Shown: positions 43,147 through 52,333 of the stretch, piece by piece
Layout of the letters: every line of letters starts with the position of its first letter
Numbering within the stretch: position 1 is the stretch's first letter
Assembly: GCA_965644495.1 (NCBI GenBank)
Contig: CBFFSA010000001.1
Location: 2,232,001 to 2,296,000 of the forward strand
DNA: 64,000 nucleotides
Source of the DNA: Perkinsela sp. CCAP 1560/9
Taxonomy: Eukaryota; Protista; Euglenozoa: Kinetoplastea
Reading direction: 5' to 3'
The notes under the pieces: generated by a model
Databases searched by the model: none
Told to the model about the DNA's origin: nothing
What the model saw: only the letters and a program-made list of their open reading frames with translations
Program-made: the position numbers and the translations under genes

Positions 43147-44220
43147 ATCATCCTCAGTAATAATGCGAAGCCCGAGAATATTGTCATTCATGTTTGGACT
43201 TATGGTAATCCAAAACGATGGCAATCCCAATCTTCTTTAAAGTGCCCATATAAGAGCTTGCGAAGCTTTTCGTTTCCCAGGGGAGAAAGGAAGAGACTGG
43301 CTTCACACTTAAACGTAAGGTAAAAAAGCGTCTTCGAGTATTTTGGATTCCCTTCCGTTTGGATTACGTGCTGCATTTTCCACAAGATCTTGAAAATCAG
43401 CCCGGGAACAAAAGTGCATCAGACTTTGCTGCATATCGCGGTGCATAAGCTTGTGCAGTCGCACTTGATACCGCGGGGCGGAGGAGTACGTAAAACGTAA
43501 AAAAGGAATGCAGGACAAAAGAAGGGTTCATTTCGTAGTCTTGGAAAGTGTTTCCCTTGAAACAAAATTTTTGCATGAGATCAGGAAAACTTCCCAACAA
43601 GATCTCTCTCATATCTGCATTGAGAAGACCCGGGCGCATGGTCATGAGCGGTGCACGTGAAAGATAAGTCTTTGCACTAGTGGCTAGCGAGGGACTATGG
43701 TCACCCACAAACGTGTGAGTTACTCTTCCTCGAGGGTCGCTATGGAGTGTGCTCTATAGCGCCACGTACAACCATGCTGCGCGTCGCATCTTCCCTACCT
43801 TCATACAAGGCGCGATCCCAAATTGACTCCGCAATTCTTTCGCATTGCACATCAGTGGCAACGTTGATCTTTCCTCGCTCCTTGAGACTTCGTTGTGCTC
43901 GGCAAGCCAATTGACCCAGGTGTTAATAGTCGTGGCGTTGACTGAAAAATATCGGCTCAATTGTGCGGCGCACAATCTTTGAGAGCGTTTGGTTCTCTTA
44001 CCGTTCGATACCCATACAATCTGAACATACGTACTTGCTCTCTCAAGATCCGGAACGCGGTCGAGACTCAGAAGCTCAACCGTGTCGCGTGCAGCTGCTG
44101 TGTCGTGACCCATAAATTTTGCATCACCTCCTAACGAAGCAGCGTAAGCCCCACCAAACTTGTTTACTTCGACATACGTACAATGTACTAATATCTTGCA
44201 AAGCAAGATTCTTTCTATAA

Positions 44221-44410
44221 TCCAGGCTAAAGTGGACGAGGGAGATACTAAAGGCACCTTTGGAAAACCACCACAAAACTGGAACGGTATCACCCGTTAA
44301 ATACCCTTTTGCCACATCAGAATGCTCTACAAACCGGGAGATACCGTTCCAGTTTCGAGGTCGTTTCCCAAAGGTGCCATTAGTATCTCCCTCGTCCACT
44401 TTAGCCTGGA
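44221..44410. repeat. About 190-bp palindrome (arms about 78 bp, spacer about 33 nt); partial second copy at 44515-44642
   Basis: TCCAGGCTAAAGTGGACGAGGGAGATACTAA ... TTAGTATCTCCCTCGTCCACTTTAGCCTGGA. Confidence 0.93.
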
Positions 44411-45966
44411 TTACATAGCCATCCGAACATGTTCCCTATGGCGCTTTACTGTTTCCCACGCGAGGGAGTCGTCGTCGCCGCCGGAAAAAGAAAATATAAA
44501 GGGGAGTCTAAAGCAACAGTATCTCCCGTTAAAGATTCTTTTGTCCCATTAGAAACCTTTACAAATCGGGAGATACCGTTCCAGTTTCGAGGTGGTTTTC
44601 CAAAGGTGCCTTTAGTATCTCCCTCGTCCACTTTAGCCTGGATTACATAGCCATCCGAACATGCTCCCTATGGCGCTTTACAGCTTCCCATGCGAGGAAG
44701 TCGTCGTCGCCGCGGCAAAAAGACAGAAGGCACCGCCTTCTGCCTTTTTGCCTTGCGCCTCCTCCTTCCTCTACGGCCTTGCGTGTCACACACTTCCAGG
44801 TAAATTTTGGATTTTGTAGGTGTATTATCGGAACAGGGTGGAGAAATATCGAATGAAGCCAAAGCGTATACACGTATATAAGGCCCGAAACTCTCAAAAA
44901 ACGGTCTAGGAGTTGATTTGGGAAAAATATATTTTTTGACTTTCACCCATAATTTTTCAGTTTTTTTTTTCAAAATTTCAAAAATTGCTATGATCACGCT
45001 GGTGGGGAGGGGGGCAGGGGTACCCATCGGAATTGTTGACTCGGAATTTTTAGTGATCTCGTCACTCAATTCGATTCATACGTCTTCCTTTTTTCCTTGC
45101 GCCTCCTCCTTCCTCATCGGCCTTGCGTGTCACACACTTCCGGGCAAATTTTGGATTATGTAGGTGTATTATCGGCACCGGGTGGAGAAATATCGAATGA
45201 AATCAAAGGGTATGCAGGTATAGAAGGCTCCAAACTCTCAAAAAACGCTCTAGGAGTTGATTTGGGAAAAATATATTTTTTCACTTTCACCCATAAATTC
45301 TTATTTTTTTTGCAAAATTTCAAAAATAGATATGATCACCCTGGTGGGGATGGGTGGGGTGGCAAGGGGTACCCATCGGAGTTGTTGAAAAACTAGTCAT
45401 CTTGTCATTAAATACGATTCATACGTCTTTGTAAACTTTTTTTTCGAAAACTCACCTGAAACGATATCGGGCACGAAATCGGGCCACAAATCGGGCACGA
45501 AATCGGGCACGGCGAATTAACCTATGGTAGCGAGGGGGTTTTATCTCCCTCAATAAACTAATAATAAACTCGAGGTAGGCTGTCAACTGGAGGCTGCGAA
45601 GGGATTGGTTCCGGTAGCCTCTCGTTTTTACATTCAGAGCGTTCACACCGACCGCAGAGAACCTGTATACGATCAGCTATTTCAGATACAAGGAGAAGGG
45701 TAACACACCCATTACAATGCGCGAGACGCTGGAAATTGTCAACGGCTTTTTTGAAGTTTTCCATGCACTTCTCCTTAGATTCTTCACTGACTGAATGGTT
45801 TCAAAGTATTGAAGCCCCTGAGGTGCGTGAGTGGAAACACTCATTCATCTCGCCACTGGAAGGTGGCCAGCTCACTCGACCAAGAAAAGCCTGCCGGTTG
45901 GACACCGGGTGGTGGTCGAGGCGGCTGTGGCAAAGATTTCTCCATAAAATAAAAAATAAAATAAAA

Positions 45967-46004
45967 ATCTTTAACGATAAAGATACAGTTTCTGTACCTT
46001 GTTG
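45967..46004 (+). ncRNA. Spliced-leader-exon-like sequence (orphan copy)
   Basis: ATCTTTAACGATAAAGATACAGTTTCTGTACCTTGTTG contains the ACAGTTTCTGTAC..TTG core of kinetoplastid/diplonemid SL exons. No GT intron follows. Identical to 56109-56146 in reverse. Confidence 0.75.
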
Positions 46005-46020
46005 AATTATTTTCCTTATC

Positions 46021-46668
46021 TCATACCTTTCCATATGATACCATATATGGTGTTTCCTCTTCAGCCCTCACCTGTGTAAATGCAAAAACTGGCAACGTCC
46101 GTTTTTGTAACGATTTGAACTTTTTGTCTGTGTTCAGTGGGGTCATGTTTCGTCTTTTGGAGCAGGATTTTTCTTCCAAACCACGGAAAAAAAAGGAGGC
46201 GTTTCCGTCAGACTGTTGAGAAGCTTTTTTCGCAAGCCAGTCCGATGTGTCATTATGTGGGTTCCCTTCATGCCCCCTAACCTTGATGATGAACACGCGT
46301 CGGTCAGCTTCTAATTGAAAGCAGACACGATGTATCTTTGATAAGAGGTCCGAATTTTCAAATTGGTGAAACCCGAATAGAGAAAACCTGTTCCGAATCA
46401 CATGGAAAAATTCCCATACATACGCAGAGCCTGTGTGAATGATAATATCCTTCTCATGCTTCATTGCCATCTGCAGAGCCTCATAGACAGCATAAAGTTC
46501 CGCAGCTGTTATTGTGAGTGATATTTCTGACGGAGGTTTTAGTCCTACAAGTGTCTTTTCTACCCGATTGCCCAATAACACAATACCGCAACCTGATGAA
46601 ATTCCTGTTTTCGTTGTTCTTAATGCGCCGTCTGTGTATAAATGCAAGGAAGTGAAAAGGCACCGCAC
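46021..46668 (-). pseudogene. RNase H domain of the LINE ORF
   Basis: YTDG, AEL, IHTGS (expected TDS; catalytic Asp lost), GH-G---N---D-LAK. Confidence 0.88.
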
Positions 46669-48410
46669 CTTCTTCTACGAATTGTAATGACGAGTAGACT
46701 TTTTGCTTCATTGAATCCTGTTTGGTTTTTTCCCATCTTGGAGATTCTATAGGAAGATAATTCGGACGTGGCTCAAGGCGCGCCTTTAAACGATCAACAT
46801 TAGAGCGCCAGCGTGTTCTGTCTTTAGAAATTTGAATAACATCGGGAACAGACAAGCCTAGATCATCGGAACAAGATTCAGACAGACAGGTTTGCGTCTT
46901 TCGTTTACGTTCTCGCCAGAGAATCGCCACACTGAAAGGAGAATCGTGTCGAAGAAGATGGCCTATAAGCTGCGCTCTCTGCATTTTCGCCACCGTGCTA
47001 AGCTTTGAATCATTTTGGTACAGAGCTTCTGTTCGAATACCCCTTTTCCCATCCCAAGTACGGCCTACACCACACACCATTCTGCGCATTTTGTTTACCT
47101 CAATATCTAATTCCCGGAGCCTATTGGTTGATATATCCCATGTTCCTAAATTATATTGCACTACTGGCATCACAAGTGTACGGAATACTGTCATACGGCT
47201 CGAGATTGGCAAAGGTGATTTCCAGATCGGCCTAAGTTTATGCATCAATGCCCACCCAAGTCTCATTCGTTCATTGGGTGCAACATTTCGATCTTCGCTT
47301 TCTTGCTTGTTTCCTAGGTAGCGGTATTTGTAAACTCTGGGGATATGCCCTATACTCGGTATTATGAGTTCGCCCCCGCTATCAGAAACCTTTCCAACAG
47401 TCATCCAAGCAGTTTTATTGACCCCCAAGTTAATACTGAGGTTTGCGTTCCGAGCAGTTTTTGGATTTGGATTTTTGGTTCCGAGCAGCTCGGTAAAGAC
47501 TCTCTAACATGTCAGCGAGTTCTACTTTAGATGAGGCAAATAAGACTATATCATCGGCGTAGTCGATATCCGAGATACGCAAATGTTTCTCACCACGGCT
47601 TTTCGATCCTGTAGAATATGTTATTAAACCAGACCCTTTAGCATCGAGCGCTTCTGCCAATATCCGATCGAGTACCATGATAAACAGATAGGGTGCGAGA
47701 AAGTCTCCTTGCAGAGTACCATTGCTAATTGAAAAAGATTCCGTGTTTCCGTACGGTGTCCTTACGAATGATTTTAGACCGTCATACATACTCATAATCA
47801 CTTTCGAAACGTTTTCCGGTATATGGAAAGAATGAAGTGCTTCGCGTATGGCAGAAAAAGAAACTGATGGGAAAGCTTGTTTAAAATCCACAAATGACCG
47901 CAACTCCTTCACCCCTCAAGGCCTTGGCGGTGATTTCCACGAAAGTAGCTTGAGCACCAGCAGTCGACCTATGTGGACGAAAACCGAACTGATTCGGCCT
48001 AAGCATGTTTTCTACCGCTGGTTGGATTCGTTCGAGTACCATCCGATTCATTATCTTTACCACGTGATTAACAATGCACACCGGCCGCCAGTTAGATAGA
48101 ATACCCAAATTTCCCTTTTTTGGAAGCGGAACTTGAAGTATCGTTTTCCACTTATCTGAAACAGCCCCCGTTTCTCGGACATCATTTATTATTTGAAGTA
48201 ACGTCCCCATCAATCCGTCATGCGAGTTCAAAGATCGTAAAGCTTCGACTGGGATGTCGTCGGAAACAGCCGCCTTTCCGCCCTTTACCTTCTGCAGAGC
48301 TTTGCGCAGCTCATGGAGGTTGAACTCTTTATCATTTATCACAATCATGCTCTTTGTCGATAGGGGAAAATTCAAATTTTCTACCTTTGTCAGCTCTTGC
48401 TTTCCAATTG
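46481..48410 (-). pseudogene. Reverse transcriptase region of the LINE (frameshifted)
   Basis: ORF pieces 47881-48468, 47430-47912 and 46481-47428 carry consecutive RT motifs. Confidence 0.92.
47458..47477 (+). mobile_element. Tail-only insertion TTTTTGGATTTGGATTTTTG with an 11-bp TSD
   Basis: GTTCCGAGCAG is duplicated at 47447-47457 and 47478-47488. Confidence 0.85.
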
Positions 48411-48831
48411 GGGGAGGTGGCGGAGTGGCACCCCCCATTGTCCAATGGGGGAGGTGGCGGAGTGGCAAGAACTCAAAGTTTGAAGCACATGGTGCTTAGA
48501 CGGCGAGTTCAAACCCGCTCATCGCAATATTCCCGGCGGCCTCACTCTAAAAGGCTGGGCTGATAACCGACTAGGCCCAGTACTCGGAGGACCGTTCCGG
48601 ACCCTCCCCTCAGGGAACCAGCTCCCTTACCCGGCTTACACCTCTTGGGTAAGCCGTGTTGGCGTACAGTTCGTCGACGCAGCGTGTTGGTAACCGCACG
48701 TTTGTGCCGCCTTGGACAAGCGGAAACTGGTAGAGGACGTCGGCCTCGGAACTTCCAAATCTGTCTGTGAAGGGTCTGGCTTGCCAGTGACCATCCGGAG
48801 CAATCCGGAATGATTTGGATTTTTGGATTTG
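48411..48831 (+). mobile_element. Full-length SINE-A with a duplicated 5' head
   Basis: TSD TCCAATTG at 48403-48410 and 48832-48839. Removing the insert restores HFQAIG-KQELTK in the LINE ORF. Confidence 0.92.
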
Positions 48832-50941
48832 TCCAATTGCCTGAAAATGATTCTTTACAGTAGAAAGGCTATCCTGAGCAGTATCCCCAAACAAAGAAAA
48901 TTCCTTACGATTGTCTCCTACAATGTTACGTATGGTGCGATATGCGCTCTTTGGGCGTTTGCATAAATCTTCTTCTAGGACTTTACATTCCTCCGTTATG
49001 CTTTTATAGATCTGTTCTGCATGTGCTTTCGCAAAATTATCAAATTTGCGCTGATTCCTAGACACCCTTAATATAGTTTTCATGACAAAACTCCAGGGAT
49101 CAGACGTATCATTCGCAGCTCTATTTATATTGTTATCAGTAACGCGTAGAGGTAGTTTTCCGGAAGCTTCCTTCACAGCCGTAGATAATTTATCCCACAG
49201 TAATGGCCCAATCTCATCATCTCTCGATCTCTTGTTTCCCCCATCCATTGCCACCTCCACATTTTTGATGAAGGCATCTTTCATGCCCTCATTTCGAAGA
49301 GATCCCCAAAACGGTTTTCGGTTTCCCGCATTACTTTTGGCTTTCCATCGTATTTTTAGATCCGCAATCACAACACAATGTCGCGTGGTGCCAGTAGCAC
49401 CTTCTGAGAACGAATGGGAGAACAAAAGCGATTGTTTGTAATAATATGATCCATCTGCTTCGTGAGTCCAAGTGGATGCTTCGAAGTAGGGGGAAACCGA
49501 TACGTCCATTTTCTCTCCGCACTGCAACATTCATGTGCGGATTTCGCTCCAATTCATAGTAGAAACTTCTTAAATTCTCGTGTTCGTTTAGAAGAACGCT
49601 TTTTCCCCATAGATGTTTGCAGGGGAGAGTTCATATCCCCACAGATGATTTTCAGCGAGCTTTCGGAGTCATGCCATGCGTCAAAGAGTTCTTCATCAAA
49701 CTCAGATTGCGTAGTTTTCTTTGCTCCTGCTGTAGGGGAATAAACGTTGAATACGCTTGCATTAATATCTCGAACTTTCATTGTACCCCGCATTATTCGA
49801 TCATTGATTTTGTCAACGGGGAGGTGGCGGAGTGGCAAGAACTCAAAGTTTGTAGCACATGGTGCTCAGACGGCGAGTTCAAACCCGCTCATCGCAATAT
49901 TCCCGGCGGCCTCACTCTAAGAGGCTGGGCTGATAACCGACTAGGCCCAGTACTCGGAGGACCGTCCCGGACCCTCCCCTCAGGGAACCAGCTCCCTTAC
50001 CCGGCTTACACCTCTTGGGTAAGCCGTGTTGACGTACAGTTTGTCGACGCAGCATGTTGGTAACAGCACGTTGTTGCCGCCTTGGACAAGCGGAAACTGG
50101 TAGAGGACGTCGGCCTCGGAACTTCCAAATCTTTCTGTGAAGGATCTGGCTTGCCAGTGACCATCCGGAGCAATCCGGAATGATTTGGATTTTTTTTGGA
50201 TTTGGATTTTGTCAACATTCATTGGTAAAAGACTTAAAATCGCCATCCCGTTATACCCCTTAACGGCACTCATAAAATATAGATGAATATTCATGTCACC
50301 CAGATAGAGCCGACAGTGGATAACGGCTCTTCGCTTTCAAACGACAAACGCGTTTCCTGCAGGGTCATTATGGTAACACCGTAACTCCGCATGAATGCCA
50401 CGGCCTGGTGTAGACGATAACTGCGACGTAGAGCAAATGCGTCCGCGGACTTGCATTTCAATGTGTCCACATTTAGGGTGCTTACCACAAACCCCACTCT
50501 CATAGCTTGAATCTTGGGTCTCTGCTCTCGGGCGCCACGCCGAAAACAGGTTTTGAGCTTCCGATTGCGTCCGTGCAATGATTTTGGGAGTATTCCAACC
50601 CTGCCGCCCAGCACATGGACACGTTCATCTCTCGGTGGAAACGGGAGGAGCCGTCCATTCATCAAGTCGTACTTAACAAGCCAATTAGACCCGCCAAGCG
50701 AAGAATGAACAACCCCTTCCCAAAGTGCAATGCGTTCGCGGTAGGCCATGCGCCAAACAACAGCCACACGTTTTCCAACTCCAAAAACCATCGACATCTG
50801 CAAAAGGGCCTGCTGCCGGAGTTTTATTACACCACCCCTCTGCTTTGGTTGCAAAAAGAGGTTGCCCCGACCACACCTGGCCGTTAGGAGTTTGTCACGA
50901 ACTTCCAACAAACCATCGAACGGTCCGGAGGCCTCCGCCAT
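48832..50941 (-). pseudogene. N-terminal region, APE endonuclease and linker of the LINE ORF (interrupted)
   Basis: ORF pieces 50291-50941, 49554-49838 and 48610-49530 carry APE motifs. Confidence 0.85.
49818..50204 (+). mobile_element. Full-length SINE-A
   Basis: TSD GATTTTGTCAAC at 49806-49817 and 50205-50216. Confidence 0.93.
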
Positions 50942-50955
50942 TTTGTATCAACGTA

Positions 50956-50990
50956 TTAATACAAAAAGTGATCTTAATACAAAAAGTGAT
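50956..50990. repeat. Two units of the satellite 18-mer at the LINE 5' end
   Basis: TTAATACAAAAAGTGATC TTAATACAAAAAGTGAT. Confidence 0.97.
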
Positions 50991-51101
50991 GAACAACCTA
51001 GGGAGTGATAACCTCGCGTTCTGTAAGATGGACCCGCGAAACGCATTTAACAACGTAAATAAAAGACTTTCCAGAGTTATCGCCATGGGTAGAATGGTGC
51101 T

Positions 51102-51361
51102 CCAAATCCAATCCAAATCATTCCGGATTGCTCCGGATGTTCACTGGCAAGCCAGACCCTTCACAGACAGATTTGGAAGTTCCGAGGCCGACGTCCTCTA
51201 CCAGTTTCCGCTTTTCCAAGGCGGCACCAACGTGCTGTTGCCAACACGCTGCGTCGGTGGAAGTATAGGAATATTGCATAAGTATACGAATATTGCATAA
51301 GTATAGGAAAATTGTATAAGATACCTTCTTATATATAATCCTTCTTAAGGAAGAAGGAGGT
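51102..51361 (-). mobile_element. Chimeric insertion: SINE-A 3' part plus about 105 bp of unrelated AT-rich sequence
   Basis: TSD TAGAATGGTGCT at 51090-51101 and 51362-51373. Confidence 0.85.
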
Positions 51362-52333
51362 TAGAATGGTGCTACTCACACCCGAGCGTTCTCACCTACG
51401 GAAATCACTTCATATCATCTGCGGAAGGTGTGCAACAGGGCTACCCCCTAGGTCCACTCTTATTCTCCCTAGTCCTCTCGAACGCCACCGAACAAATAGC
51501 ATCACGGGCTAACCTAGACTCGCAGCTCTTTAGTATTTGTATGACGGGATCCTTATGGGGTAGGCGGGTGAAGTCAGAAAGGCATTGGACGTGTTTTCTG
51601 AGTTCGGCCCTAAATGCGGTTTGTTCTAAAATCCAAAAAAGCCCATGTCACTGAACAATTCCCTGAAATCCCAGCGGAGAAAATCCATGTTGACGGAAAC
51701 TTTGATATCCTCGGAAGTCCGATTGGATCTGCAGAGCATTGCGCGGAATTCCTTCTCTTAAACGCAATAGAACCAGCATTTTATTATTTTTTGTGTGATT
51801 ATTTTTTTTTTTGTTTTTTTTTAAGGGGGGAGAAGTATGAATCGCGGCATTGCCTCTATATTTTGACCCAGTAGACGAACCAAGTAGGTCCATTGGGGGG
51901 GTATACGAGTTGAAAACAAGCAATCAAATTAGCAATTCTTTTTGTTTCCACAGATGTACCTTTTGTTTTTTCTCAGCCCAAAACTAGCAATTTAATCTCC
52001 CCTAAGTATATACTACAAACAAGAAACAGTAAAAACTAAAACAAGCAATACAGACCCAATCCATTCGCGCGTTCCGGACCGGGTCTTTCGACCACTCCAC
52101 GGCCTGACTTGTGAACCCTTCCCTTGCTATATGGGAGGGCGCAGGCGCGGGCCTGTGTCGACAGCGACACGGTCGCGAAACAGGATGCTGGCCGACGGGG
52201 AGGAGATTCACTACCCGTGTACTACCTCACTTGGGGTACCTAGCCCTCGCGGGCTAGGCGTGAGCATAGACTCTGTCGACCCGACCAGCACCCGTGGCCT
52301 ATGTCACCACCATAGGATCCGTTGGGTCCGACA

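Larger units (their letters stand above)
42420..45555 (-). mobile_element. Degenerate Helitron-like rolling-circle element: HUH Rep remnant plus repeat-rich 5' region
   Basis: Minus-strand translation gives GIFGAPRAFFGVVECQKGGALHYHCLLW (about 42845-42928; Helitron Rep motif 2 with HUH), GLPSFWITISPN (about 43195-43230; motif 1) and an upstream WVNWLAEHN block. Frameshifted; no helicase seen. The 5' region is homologous to 59203-60326. Confidence 0.8.
45552..50990 (-). mobile_element. Near-complete but disrupted non-LTR retrotransposon: APE endonuclease, RT, RNase H and C-terminal Cys motif (RTE/Ingi-like; clade uncertain)
   Basis: APE motifs STLNVDTL, LQETR, NVYSPT, ICGDMN; RT motifs NWRPVCI, QFGFRPHRST, FVDFKQAF, LQGDFLAPYLF, YADD, YRYLG; RNase H motifs LYTDGA, AAELYAV, KVRGHEGNPHNDTSDWLAK; HCNGC...CGRC near the end and a TTA-rich terminus. 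About 2 units of the 18-mer at the 5' end. Interrupted by SINEs and frameshifts. Confidence 0.92.

Noticed and set aside
45967-46004. Functional SL RNA gene
   Set aside because: No GT donor or intron follows the exon-like sequence, and it is not in a tandem array.
48469-50294. Short ORFs recurring within SINE copies (e.g. KSFRIAPDGHWQARPF)
   Set aside because: They recur only because the SINE is repeated, and show no recognisable domain.
50860-50945. HDV-like ribozyme at the LINE 5' end
   Set aside because: Partial hairpins and a CTAA are present, but I could not build a consistent P1/P1.1/P2/P3 nested pseudoknot by eye.
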